From Alphaproteobacteria bacterium (GTDB taxonomy: Bacteria > Pseudomonadota > Alphaproteobacteria > UBA828), in NCBI GenBank assembly GCA_965221125.1, contig CBDCRW010000006.1, forward strand, positions 608,001-672,000: a stretch of DNA of 64,000 bases, in the 5' to 3' direction. The translations under genes were made by a program, and so were the position numbers. Positions 55,253 through 64,000 of this stretch are shown in pieces. The first letter of the stretch is position 1. Every line of letters begins with the position of its first letter. The notes beneath the pieces were generated by a model. The model was not told the origin of the DNA. It ran no database searches and saw only the letters and a list, made by a program, of their open reading frames with translations.

Positions 55253-55410
55253 TGATTCCGCGCGCCTCTCGGCTGTCCCTTGACTCCGCGCGCCTCTCGG
55301 CGCGACTGATTCCGCGCGCCTCTCGGCGCGACTGATTCCGCGCGCCTCTCGGCGCGACTGATTCCGCGCGCCTCTCGGCGCGACTGATTCCGCGCGCCTC
55401 TCGGCGCGAC
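55253..55410. repeat. Tandem repeat, 6 x ~26 bp palindromic unit
   Basis: Unit TGATTCCGCGCGCCTCTCGGCGCGAC. Four identical copies (55307-55410), one with a single substitution (55281-55306), one with a degenerate tail (55253-55280). Confidence 0.97.
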
Positions 55411-55415
55411 CCGCG

Positions 55416-55444
55416 TTGACAGGCTCGCGCCGGGCGCGGATAGT
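55416..55444 (+). promoter_or_regulatory. Putative sigma70 promoter of pheA
   Basis: TTGACA-N17-GATAGT. Confidence 0.55.
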
Positions 55445-55498
55445 CCGGCGCCTGTTCCGGTGACGGCCGTTGCGGCAGCCCACACAGGCTTGCGTCCC

Positions 55499-56401
55499 AT
55501 GTCCTCATCAACGAACTCGACCGACAGCAGCACCGGCGCGGACGATCCGGCCACGGTGATCGCGTTCCAGGGCGCGCCCGGCGCCTATTCCGAGGCCGCC
55601 TGCGTGGCCCGCTACCCGGCGATGACCACGCTCCCCTGCAGGACCTTCGTGGACACCTTCGCCGCGGTCTCGGACGGTCGCGCGGGGCTCGCGATGATCC
55701 CCATCGAGAACTCGGCGGCGGGCCGCGTGGCCGACATCCACGAGCTGCTGCCCAAGTCCGACCTCCACATCATCGCCGAGCACTTCGAGCGCGTCCGCCA
55801 CAACCTCCTCGCCTGCCGGGGCGCCGATCCGTCGGGGCTCGAGACCGTGCGCTCGCACGTCCATGCGCTCTCCCAGTGCCGCAAGCTTATCGCCCGGCGG
55901 AAGCTGCTGCCGGTGGTGCACGCGGACACCGCAGGCGCCGCCGCCGAGGTGGCTGCGGCGGGCGATCCCACCCGTGCCGCGATCGCCTCCCTGCTCGCGG
56001 CGGAAACGTATGGGCTCGAGATCGTCGAGGCGAACGTCGAGGACGAGGCCCACAACACCACGCGCTTCGTGGTGCTCTCGCGCGAGCCGCTCGACCCCGA
56101 CCCCGACGCAGGGCCGGTAATCACCTCCTTCATGTTCGAGTGCCGCAACGTGCCGGCGGCGCTCTACAAGTGCCTCGGCGGCTTCGCCACCAACGGCGTC
56201 AACATGACCAAGCTGGAGAGCTACATGGTGGGCGGCACCTTCTCGGCCACGGTCTTCTTCTCCGAGGTCGAGGGGCATCCGTCGGATATGGGGCTCGGAC
56301 GTGCTCTGGCCGAGCTCGACTACTTCTCGCGGGAAGTGCGGATCATGGGCGTCTATCCGGCCCACTCGTTTCGACGCGAAGAGGCCGCCAACCGACGCTG
56401 A
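55499..56401 (+). CDS. pheA: Prephenate dehydratase
   Basis: AFQGAPGAYS, PIENS, SHVHAL.QC, DTAGAA, NTTRF, ACT domain NMTKLES. Confidence 0.96.
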   Translation: MSSSTNSTDSSTGADDPATVIAFQGAPGAYSEAACVARYPAMTTLPCRTFVDTFAAVSDGRAGLAMIPIENSAAGRVADIHELLPKSDLHIIAEHFERVRHNLLACRGADPSGLETVRSHVHALSQCRKLIARRKLLPVVHADTAGAAAEVAAAGDPTRAAIASLLAAETYGLEIVEANVEDEAHNTTRFVVLSREPLDPDPDAGPVITSFMFECRNVPAALYKCLGGFATNGVNMTKLESYMVGGTFSATVFFSEVEGHPSDMGLGRALAELDYFSREVRIMGVYPAHSFRREEAANRR

Positions 56402-56446
56402 CCGATGCGCGCCGCGGGCGCAGCCGAATTCCGGGGCCGAGCCGAC

Positions 56447-56719
56447 ATGCACGATCCTGCACTCACGCCGCTGCGCTGGACCTTCAGCTGGCCCGTGATC
56501 CGCAACTCGCTGATGGTCGGCGCGGTGGTCGGCACCATCCTCAACATGATCAACCAGGGCGATCACCTGGCCGGCGACGGCACGGTCAACTGGTTCAAGT
56601 TCGGGCTGACCTACTGCGTGCCGTTCTGCGTCGCCACCTTCGGCGCCTTCGCCGCCGCGCGGATCTTCGCGAGGCAGATGCGCGAGCAGAGGGAGGGCGG
56701 CGGCCGGCGCACCCTCTGA
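56447..56719 (+). CDS. nrtS: NrtS-family small membrane protein
   Basis: VVGTILNMINQGD...W.K..LTYCVPFCVATFG matches the remembered NrtS family pattern. Confidence 0.75.
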   Translation: MHDPALTPLRWTFSWPVIRNSLMVGAVVGTILNMINQGDHLAGDGTVNWFKFGLTYCVPFCVATFGAFAAARIFARQMREQREGGGRRTL

Positions 56720-56867
56720 CCGCGGAGGCGGCCAAGGCGTTTCCGCGCCGGCGCTTCGAGAGGCCGGTGGAGAGCCACGGGACGGACTACAGGGTCCGGC
56801 GCGTTGTCGCCCGGCGCGCCGGCTGATAGCGTGAGCTGCGCGCTGACATGGTGCTGGGAATAGGCCG

Positions 56868-58586
56868 ATGACATTCGATCTTCTGATCCGCAACGGAACC
56901 CTGGTGGACGGCTCGGGCATGCCCCGCTACCGGGCGGACGTCGGCATCAGCCAGGGCCGCATCGCGGAAATCGGCCGGATTTCCAGCCCCGCCGCCGAGA
57001 CGATCGACGCCGAGGGCATGATCGTCGCACCCGGCTTCATCGACGGCCACACCCACATGGACGCGCAGGTGGCGTGGGACCCGGCGGGCACGTGCTCCTG
57101 CTGGCACGGCGTGACCAGCGTGGTGATGGGCAACTGCGGCTTCGCGCTGGCGCCGTGCAAGCCGGAGGCGAGAGAGTGGTTTGCCGAATGCCTGGAGGCG
57201 GTCGAGGACATCCCCAAGGACGCCATGGTGGCCGGGATCGACTGGCGCTGGGAGACCTTCCCCGAGTATCTCGCGGCCGTCGAATCGTTCCCGAAGGCCA
57301 TCAACTACGCCGCCTACATCGGCCACTCGGCGCTCAGGATGTACGCGATGGGCGATCGCGCCCTGGACGAGGAGGCGGGTGAGGACGACCTCAGGCTCAT
57401 GGCGGACCTGGTGCAGGAGGCGCTCCGCGCCGGCGCAGTGGGGTTCTCCTCGTCCCGGTCCAACACCCATATCCGCCCGGACGGCGGCCCGGTGGCGAGC
57501 CGCATCGCCAGCTGGTCGGAGATCGCGCACCTGGTGGACGCGATGGCCGAGCTCAACGCCGGCATCTTCCAGATCGGCCCCGACGTCTCCGGCGGCGAGG
57601 CGCAGCGCGCCTGCCTGGACGAGCTGACCAGGATCGCGGTCTCGAGCCGGCGCCCGCTGATGCTGGGAGTCTTCGCCTCGCGCCAGGGCGACCGGCCCAA
57701 TCCCCTGGAATACCAGTTCGAGTGGATGGACCGGGTCGCGGCCGAAGGCGGGCGGGTGCTGGGGCAGGCCACCACGCGCTCGATCAACGCGATCTTCTCG
57801 CTCAAATCCTACCTGCCGTTCGACGGGCTGCCGGCCTGGGCCGCCATCCGCGGCCTGCCCGTCGCGGAGCAGAAGGCCCGCTTCCGCGATGCGGACATCC
57901 GCGCCGGCCTCGTCGCGGCGGAAGCGGGGATGCAGCCGCGGGGCACCGAGTTCCAGGGCGGCGGCGCGGCCACCACGAACCCGATGAAGCCCGACTACGC
58001 CAACCTCTTCCCGATGTTCGACGTGAACTGGGACGAGCCCAGCATCGAGGACCTCGCGCAGTCCTCCGGGCGGCACCCCGTCGAGGTCATGCTCGACCTG
58101 ATGGTGGAGAACGAGGACCTGCTCTTCGTCCAGCCGCTAGTGAACGAGACGCCGGACGAGGTTCGCCGGATGCTGGGGAACCCCCGCTCGCTCGCCACCT
58201 TCTCCGATTCCGGCGCGCACGTGTGCCAGGAGATGGGCTCGTCGCTGCAGACCCACCTGCTGAGCTACTGGGTGCGCGCCAAGCAGGCGTTCACCCTGGA
58301 GGAAGCGGTGCGGATGCTGACCTTCCAGAACGCGTCCGCCTGGGGCATGCACGACCGGGGCCTGCTGCGCCCCGGCTTCGCCGCGGACATCGTGGTCTTC
58401 GACGAGACGACGGTGCGCCCGCGGCTGCCCACGGTTCAGCACGACCTGCCCGGCGGCGCGCGGCGGCTGGTACAGAAGGCCGACGGCTTCGCCGCCACGG
58501 TGGTGGGCGGCGCCGTCACGCTCAAGCACGGCGAGCCGACCGGCGCGCATCCCGGCCAGCTCATCCGCGGGGGCGCAGCCCGATAG
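56868..58586 (+). CDS. N-acyl-D-amino-acid deacylase family amidohydrolase
   Basis: PGFIDGHTHMD, GVTSVVMGNCG, SDSGAH, RGLLRPG.AADIVVF. Confidence 0.92.
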   Translation: MTFDLLIRNGTLVDGSGMPRYRADVGISQGRIAEIGRISSPAAETIDAEGMIVAPGFIDGHTHMDAQVAWDPAGTCSCWHGVTSVVMGNCGFALAPCKPEAREWFAECLEAVEDIPKDAMVAGIDWRWETFPEYLAAVESFPKAINYAAYIGHSALRMYAMGDRALDEEAGEDDLRLMADLVQEALRAGAVGFSSSRSNTHIRPDGGPVASRIASWSEIAHLVDAMAELNAGIFQIGPDVSGGEAQRACLDELTRIAVSSRRPLMLGVFASRQGDRPNPLEYQFEWMDRVAAEGGRVLGQATTRSINAIFSLKSYLPFDGLPAWAAIRGLPVAEQKARFRDADIRAGLVAAEAGMQPRGTEFQGGGAATTNPMKPDYANLFPMFDVNWDEPSIEDLAQSSGRHPVEVMLDLMVENEDLLFVQPLVNETPDEVRRMLGNPRSLATFSDSGAHVCQEMGSSLQTHLLSYWVRAKQAFTLEEAVRMLTFQNASAWGMHDRGLLRPGFAADIVVFDETTVRPRLPTVQHDLPGGARRLVQKADGFAATVVGGAVTLKHGEPTGAHPGQLIRGGAAR

Positions 58587-58659
58587 AGTGCTCTCCGACC
58601 GGATGGAAGCGTTCGCGGTTGCCGCAGGATCACGTCATGCGGAGCCTGGGCGAGCCTGC

Positions 58660-59094
58660 TTACGCCGCAGCCGCCTTCAGTGCGGTGCGGGCGAGGGTGT
58701 CGGCGCGCTCGTTCTCGGCGTTGCCGGCGTGCGCCTTGACCCAGTGCCAGCTCACGTCGTGCCGGCCTGCGAGGGCGTCCAGCGCCTCCCACAGGTCGCG
58801 GTTCTTGACCGGGGACTTGGAAGCGGTGCGCCAGCCCCGCGCCTTCCAGTTGGGGAGCCAGCGGGTGATGCCGTCCCTCAGGTACGTGCTGTCGGTGTAG
58901 AGAGCGACCTGCGACGGGCGGGTGAGCGCCTCCAGCGCCCGGATCGCGGCGGTGAGCTCCATGCGGTTGTTGGTCGTCTGGGGCGCCGCGCCGCTCAACT
59001 CGCGGCGGTGGCCGCCATAGAGCAGCACCGCGCCCCAGCCGCCCGGCCCCGGATTGCCGCTGCACGCGCCGTCGGTATAGATCGCGACGCTCAC
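58660..59094 (-). CDS. rnhA: Ribonuclease HI
   Basis: [36 protein letters not shown]. Confidence 0.98.
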   Translation of the reverse strand: MSVAIYTDGACSGNPGPGGWGAVLLYGGHRRELSGAAPQTTNNRMELTAAIRALEALTRPSQVALYTDSTYLRDGITRWLPNWKARGWRTASKSPVKNRDLWEALDALAGRHDVSWHWVKAHAGNAENERADTLARTALKAAAA

Positions 59095-60056
59095 GCCTCG
59101 ATCCCGTAGGCGCCGGGGTCCGCGACGCCGTGGTGAAAGCGGAGCTTGTGCAGGTACTCGCGCGGGTCCTTGGGGCTGACGAGGGCGCCGTCCACCTGGT
59201 TGATCCAGTCGTAGAGGCGGGTGAGCAGGAAGCGGAGCGCGGCGCCCTCCGCCAGCCGGGGCAGCGCCGCGATCTCGGCCGCCGAGCAGCGGCGCACCGC
59301 GCGGTAGCGGGCGATCAGGTAGCGCGCCTTGGTGACGTTGAAGCTCAGGTCGGGCTCGAAGCACCAGGCGTTGAGGCAGACGGCGAGGTCGTAGACCAGC
59401 GCGTCGTTGCAGGCGAAGTAGAAGTCGATCAGCCCGCTGAGCTTGTCGCGCTCGAAGAAGACGTTGTCGGGGAAGAGGTCGGCGTGGACGACGCCGCGCG
59501 GCAGGTCGCGGGGCCATTCCGCCTCGATGCGGTCGAGCGCGCGGGCGATCTCGTCCGCGAGGCCTGGCACCACGCCGTCGGCGCCGGCGCGGCAGCGCTC
59601 GAAGAGCGGGCGCCAGCTACCCAGCGAGAGGGCGTTGGCGCGCTGGGGCGCGTAGTCGAGGCCGGCGAGGTGCATCCGCGCCAGCGCCTCGCCGAGCTTC
59701 GCGCAGTGGTCGGGGCGGGGGCGGCGCGGCCAGACGCCCGCGAGGAAGCTCGTGATCGCCGCCGGCCGGTTGCAGAGCTGGCGCAGCACGGCGCCGTCGC
59801 GGCCGTGGACCGGCAGCGGGCAGGGCACGCCCCGCCCGGCCAGATGCTCGATCAGGCCGAGGAAGAAGGGGAGGTCCTTCGCGTCCACCCGCTTCTCGTA
59901 GAGCGTGAGGATGTAGGGGCCGCGCTCGGTCAGCAGCAGGTAGTTGGAGTTCTCGACGCCCTCGGCGATGCCTTTGCAGGAGACGGCCGTGCCGATGTCG
60001 TACTCGGCGAGGAAGGCGGCAAGCTCGTCGTCGGAGACTTCGGTGTAGACGGCCAT
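59091..60056 (-). CDS. thrB: Homoserine kinase type II
   Basis: [43 protein letters not shown]. Confidence 0.97.
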   Translation of the reverse strand: MAVYTEVSDDELAAFLAEYDIGTAVSCKGIAEGVENSNYLLLTERGPYILTLYEKRVDAKDLPFFLGLIEHLAGRGVPCPLPVHGRDGAVLRQLCNRPAAITSFLAGVWPRRPRPDHCAKLGEALARMHLAGLDYAPQRANALSLGSWRPLFERCRAGADGVVPGLADEIARALDRIEAEWPRDLPRGVVHADLFPDNVFFERDKLSGLIDFYFACNDALVYDLAVCLNAWCFEPDLSFNVTKARYLIARYRAVRRCSAAEIAALPRLAEGAALRFLLTRLYDWINQVDGALVSPKDPREYLHKLRFHHGVADPGAYGIEA

Positions 60057-60098
60057 CGGGCGCCCGCGCGGCGGGGAAGGGAATCGGGGCGCATCCTA

Positions 60099-60263
60099 GG
60101 GCGTTTCCGTTTTGCACGGAAACGCCCCGAGTCTTTATCGCTCACGGCAGCCGGTCTTCGACCGGCGCCTCCGCGGGGGCGCCGCATTCGCGGCGGGCCG
60201 CTGTCGCGGCCTGTCGCGCGTCCGCACAAGACGGACGCGCTCCAGCGAAGCACGTCGCTGGAG
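60099..60263. other. Cluster of seven consecutive hairpins (structured element)
   Basis: Stems at 60099-60127, 60150-60166, 60164-60183, 60180-60195, 60196-60211, 60216-60240 and 60240-60263. Confidence 0.75.
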
Positions 60264-60271
60264 GGGAGCCG

Positions 60272-61264
60272 CTATGCGGGCTCGGCCGCCGCGTCGGTGA
60301 GCACGGTGATCCCGGGGAAGCGGGCGGCGAGCGGGGCCACGCGGGCAGGCGGGCAGACGGCGAGCGCCGTGGAGAGCGCATCGGCCGCGGTGGCGCGGGA
60401 CGCGATGACCGAGACCTGCCCGGTGCCGGGCGCGGGCCGGCCGGTCGCGGGATCGAACAGGTGGTGGTGGCGGCCGCTCGGCTCGAACGGGCTCGCGATG
60501 CCGGCCGAGGTAGCCATCGCGCGGTCGGCGAGGGTGACGGTGCGGGCGACCGTCTCCGGCGCGGCGGCGCGGCGGAGGCCGACGCGCCAGGGGCGGCCTG
60601 CGGGATGACGGCCGAGCGCGCGGACCTCGCCGATGTCGAGCAGGACGTCGACCATGCCGGCGTCCTGCAGCAGCGCCGCCACGCGGTCGGTGATGTGGCC
60701 CTGCGCGATGCCGTTGAGCGTGACCGCCATGCCGGGCCGCGCGAAGCGGATTTCGCCGGGCCGGATGTCCACGGCGCGGTAGTCCACCAGCGCCCGCGCC
60801 CGCGCGATCTCCGCCTCGGCCGGCCCGCGCGCATCGGCGCCCGGCCGCGCGAAGTGCGCGGCATGGAGGCGCCAGAGCGGCTGCACGGTGGCGTCGAAGG
60901 CGCCTTCGGTTCGTTCCGAGTAGACGCGGGCCTCCGCCAGCAACGCGACGAGCTCCAGAGGGGGCGCCGGGATGCGGCCGTCGCGGTTGAGGCGGGAGAG
61001 CGCGCTCAACGGCCGGTAGAGGCTGAAAACGTCCTCGAGCCGCTCGATCTCGGAGACGCAGCGGGCGATGAGGCGGCGTGCGTGGGTTGCGTCCGGGTCG
61101 TGCAGGACGATCTCGGCGGCGGCCCCGAGGGCGATACCGGACCAGCGGTGCAGGTGCGCCGCCTCCGCGCGGGCGCCGGACGCCACAAGCGGGAAGCCGG
61201 CCGCGGCTGCGGCGACGGCGAGGAAGCGCCGCCGCGTCGGCGCAGCGCCCGGCCACCGGGTCAC
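60272..61264 (-). CDS. nosX: ApbE-family FAD:protein FMN transferase
   Basis: Tat motif TRRRFL, FSLYR..S.LSRLN, FDATVQPL, TLNGIAQG, ATS, HHLFDP, ADALST. Last gene of the nos cluster. Confidence 0.92.
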   Translation of the reverse strand: MTRWPGAAPTRRRFLAVAAAAAGFPLVASGARAEAAHLHRWSGIALGAAAEIVLHDPDATHARRLIARCVSEIERLEDVFSLYRPLSALSRLNRDGRIPAPPLELVALLAEARVYSERTEGAFDATVQPLWRLHAAHFARPGADARGPAEAEIARARALVDYRAVDIRPGEIRFARPGMAVTLNGIAQGHITDRVAALLQDAGMVDVLLDIGEVRALGRHPAGRPWRVGLRRAAAPETVARTVTLADRAMATSAGIASPFEPSGRHHHLFDPATGRPAPGTGQVSVIASRATAADALSTALAVCPPARVAPLAARFPGITVLTDAAAEPA

Positions 61265-61809
61265 TGATGGTCTCCGTGCCGGGGCGCCGCCGCGTCGTCT
61301 TCCTCGGCGTAGGCGAAGATATAGCTTTCCGGCACCTCGTTGAGCGCGACGATGCGCCCGCCGTGGGCCGCCACGAAGCGCTCGGCGGCGTCGCGGGCGG
61401 CGAACGGCACCGCTTCGGGCACGCCCATGCCGCCCATGCGCGCGCTGCCGATCACGTAGTGGGCGCCATTGGCGTCGATCCAGGTGCCGGGCTCCGGCGC
61501 GTCCCATTGGGCCGTGCCCATGTCGTTCACGTAGATGGCGGTGTAGTTCCTGGGCTCCTCCGGCAGCATGGTGAAGGCGATGGCATCGCGCACCGAGGAG
61601 AACCACACCGGCTCCTCCTCGTCCGGCAGATGCACCTGCGCCTTGGGTCCCGCGTGGTCGAGCAGGATCATGCCGCAGTAGTGGCCGAAGGCGTCGCGGC
61701 TGGGCTCCACGGCTGCGGGCTTGGCCACGACCTCGTCGTCGTCGCCGCAGCCAGCAAGCCCGGAGAGCGCGAGCATGGCGACGGCCAGCAGGACAGCTAA
61801 GCGCCTCAC
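61261..61809 (-). CDS. nosL: Nitrous oxide reductase copper chaperone lipoprotein
   Basis: Lipobox LAGC, HYCGM..H.GPKAQ, YVNDM, GGMG.PE.VPF. Confidence 0.95.
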   Translation of the reverse strand: MRRLAVLLAVAMLALSGLAGCGDDDEVVAKPAAVEPSRDAFGHYCGMILLDHAGPKAQVHLPDEEEPVWFSSVRDAIAFTMLPEEPRNYTAIYVNDMGTAQWDAPEPGTWIDANGAHYVIGSARMGGMGVPEAVPFAARDAAERFVAAHGGRIVALNEVPESYIFAYAEEDDAAAPRHGDHQ

Positions 61810-62633
61810 AGCTCCTTCCTCCCGAAGAGCAGGCCCGCGAGGCCGAGGGGCACCGCGATCCAGAGCGCCATGACCGGCAGCAGGATTGCGTGGCCGAACG
61901 CGGCCTCCGCGCTCACGCCCGCCATGCCGGAGAGCGCGCCCACGGTCTCGGAGCCGGAGAGGGTGAGCATGCGGTACACGTCGGTCGGATTGAGCAGCAG
62001 GAGCACGCGGAAGAGCTCGCCGGAGACGACCTGCCCTTCGTCGGCGACCAGGATGGCGAGCAGCGCCATGTCGAAGAGCACGACGAAGACCAGCCACGCC
62101 GCCGCCGAGACGCCGGCCGCCGTGCCGCGCTCGGCGACCACGGCGCTGAAGAGCGTGCCGAGGGCGACGAAGGCCGCGCCCAGCAGGATCGAGGCGCCGA
62201 CCATAACGCCGAAGGCGCCCCACGCCTCCCCATCGCCGCCGTCGCCGAGGCCGGTGACCAGCGCGGCCACGCCGAAGCCCGTGACGGTGGCCACCGCGAG
62301 GATCGTCACCTGGCCCGCGAACTTGCCGAGCACGATGCGCCAGCGCGTGACCGGGTGGGTCATGAGCAGCGGCATGGTGCCGCGCTCGATCTCGCCCACC
62401 AGCGTGTCGTAGCTGACCAGGAGGCCGATGAGCGGCACCAGGAAGACCGAGAGGCTGGAGAGGCTGACCACGGTGATCGCGAGCGGCGACGCCGCGACCG
62501 CGCCGCCCGGCGCGCTGCCGACGAAGGCCAGCGTCAACGCGAGGACGCCGAGCAGCAGCGAGGCGGCGAGCATCCAGCGGTTGCGGATGCCGGCGAGGAC
62601 CTCGTGCCCGGCGATGGCGGTGACCGCGGTCAC
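61806..62633 (-). CDS. nosY: Nos ABC transporter permease
   Basis: RNRW, GEIERGT..LL..P, GKF, LNPTDVYR. Confidence 0.94.
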   Translation of the reverse strand: MTAVTAIAGHEVLAGIRNRWMLAASLLLGVLALTLAFVGSAPGGAVAASPLAITVVSLSSLSVFLVPLIGLLVSYDTLVGEIERGTMPLLMTHPVTRWRIVLGKFAGQVTILAVATVTGFGVAALVTGLGDGGDGEAWGAFGVMVGASILLGAAFVALGTLFSAVVAERGTAAGVSAAAWLVFVVLFDMALLAILVADEGQVVSGELFRVLLLLNPTDVYRMLTLSGSETVGALSGMAGVSAEAAFGHAILLPVMALWIAVPLGLAGLLFGRKEL

Positions 62634-63556
62634 GGCGCGCGCTCCCGCTCCGCCCCGCCGAAGCGCGCGTAGACGGCATCGAGGCCGGGGGGGACGATCT
62701 CGATATCCTGCACTTCGTCGCCGGCGCTCATGATGCGCCGGATCAGGGCGGGTTTTTGGCCGGCGGAGCAGCGGAGCTCGACGGCGTGGTCGTTGATCCG
62801 CGTCGCCACATCGCTTCCGAGGGCGTCCGCGAGGCGCGCGCCGCCGCCGGGGCGGACGGCCACGCGGATGGTGATGCCGAGCCCGGCTTCGCGCTTGAGC
62901 TCGTCCGCCGTGCCCAGGGCCGCGAGCGAGCCTGCGCGCATGATGGCGACGCGGTCGGTCCCGGCCTCGACCTCGGTGAGCACGTGGGAGGAGAGGACGA
63001 TGGCGGTGCCCCCGGCGGCGAGCGCGCTGAGCGTCGCGTGAAAGTCGCGGCGCGAGTCCGGGTCGAGCCCGCCGGTGGGCTCGTCCAGGACGAGCAGCCG
63101 GGGCGCGCCCAGGATCGCCTGCGCGAAGCCCAGGCGCTGGCGCATGCCCTTGGAGTAGGTCTTGACCCGCTTGCCGGCGGCGTGCGCGAGGCCCACGTGC
63201 GCGAGCGCCTCCTCGCAGGCGGATTTGCGCGCCCCCTTGAGGCGGCCGTAGAAGCGGATCGTCTCGCGCCCGGTCATGGAGCCGTGGAAGGCCGCGCTCT
63301 CGGGCAGGAAGCCGATTGCCCGCTTCGCTTCCGTCCAACCCCGGCTTCCGGGCGCGCAGCCGAGCGTCGTCACGCGGCCGCCGTCGGCCCGCGTGAGGCC
63401 CAGTGCGAGCTTGAGCAGCGTCGTCTTGCCCGCGCCGTTGTGGCCGAGGAGGGCGAGGCGCTCGCCGGGCGCGAGGTCGAGGGTCACGCCGCCCACCGCC
63501 GTCTCCCGGCCATAGGTCTTGACGACCGCCTCCAGCGCGAGCGCGGGCGCCGCCAT
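62630..63556 (-). CDS. nosF: Nos ABC transporter ATPase
   Basis: GHNGAGKTT, YSKGMRQR, LDEPT.GLDP, SSH. Confidence 0.94.
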   Translation of the reverse strand: MAAPALALEAVVKTYGRETAVGGVTLDLAPGERLALLGHNGAGKTTLLKLALGLTRADGGRVTTLGCAPGSRGWTEAKRAIGFLPESAAFHGSMTGRETIRFYGRLKGARKSACEEALAHVGLAHAAGKRVKTYSKGMRQRLGFAQAILGAPRLLVLDEPTGGLDPDSRRDFHATLSALAAGGTAIVLSSHVLTEVEAGTDRVAIMRAGSLAALGTADELKREAGLGITIRVAVRPGGGARLADALGSDVATRINDHAVELRCSAGQKPALIRRIMSAGDEVQDIEIVPPGLDAVYARFGGAERERAP

Positions 63557-63999
63557 CAGCCCTCTCCGAGCGCGGGCGGGCGCATGAGCGGGGCGGAATC
63601 GGTCACGCCGCCCGGATAGATCGAGGGGAAGCGGTCATGCGCCCAGCGCAGGATGCGCACGGACGGGCTGGTGAGCAGCAGCTTCGCCAGCGGATGGCGC
63701 CAGACCACCTGGTCGACCAGGTCGTTGGGGCGGTAGGGCGCGTCGGCGATGCCGTCGCCGTCGAGGTCGAAGGCGGGGTTGTCGCTCCAGTAGTTGCCGA
63801 CGCCGTCGGCGGACCACTCGACGTGGCGGGTGCCGACGTACTTCACCTGCGTCTGGTTGGCGACGAAGCCGTTGCCCGCGATGCGGTTGCCCTCGGAGCC
63901 GGCGGTGAAGTGGATGCCGATGGCGCAGCCTTCGAAGAGATTGCCGCTGAGCACGTTGCGGTTGGCATTGTAGAGGAAGACGCACTTGTCGCGGCCGGC
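63556..63999 (-). CDS. nosD: Nitrous oxide reductase maturation protein, 3' part (truncated by window edge)
   Basis: KCVFLYNANRN, GIHFTAGSE, GNYWSD, DGDGIAD.PYRPN, D.APLM. Confidence 0.95.
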   Translation of the reverse strand, partial: AGRDKCVFLYNANRNVLSGNLFEGCAIGIHFTAGSEGNRIAGNGFVANQTQVKYVGTRHVEWSADGVGNYWSDNPAFDLDGDGIADAPYRPNDLVDQVVWRHPLAKLLLTSPSVRILRWAHDRFPSIYPGGVTDSAPLMRPPALGEG

Positions 64000-64000
64000 G

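Noticed and set aside
55253-55410. CRISPR array interpretation of the 26-bp palindromic repeats
   Set aside because: Units are directly adjacent with no unique spacers, and there are no cas genes in the window.
52111-55554. 1147-aa ORF suggesting a giant BoxC fusion with repeat-containing N-terminus, and the 543-aa extended PaaK
   Set aside because: The upstream part is an off-frame read of paaK and the DNA repeat. RBS-supported starts are at 53760 (boxC) and 55196 (paaK).

Overview
GC-rich chromosomal segment of an alphaproteobacterium (inferred from gene content and order, Rhodospirillales-like). Core content: glycine cleavage operon under a tandem glycine riboswitch, ftsK-lolA, the tRNA-Tyr/Gly-tuf-tRNA-Trp-secE-nusG-rplKAJL-rpoBC cluster, rlmB, tRNA-Thr, ispDF-pgpA-pncC-queG, pheA and thrB-rnhA. 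Accessory metabolism: Tat-exported PhoX with a Pho box, CoA ligase/transferase genes, paaK-boxC-boxB with no boxA in the window, and the 3' part of a nitrous oxide reductase cluster (nosDFYLX). Most unusual observations: (1) an in-frame ~71-aa SH3b-like domain inserted in RpoB just after the gate loop; (2) a ~165-nt run of seven back-to-back hairpins between thrB and nosX; (3) a 6 x 26-bp palindromic tandem array next to the pheA -35 box; (4) a ~540-bp integrase-less islet at tRNA-Thr whose duplicated tRNA fragment has a different Thr anticodon; (5) a serine hydrolase with a clean in-frame internal deletion. All calls come from reading motifs by eye. No database search was run.
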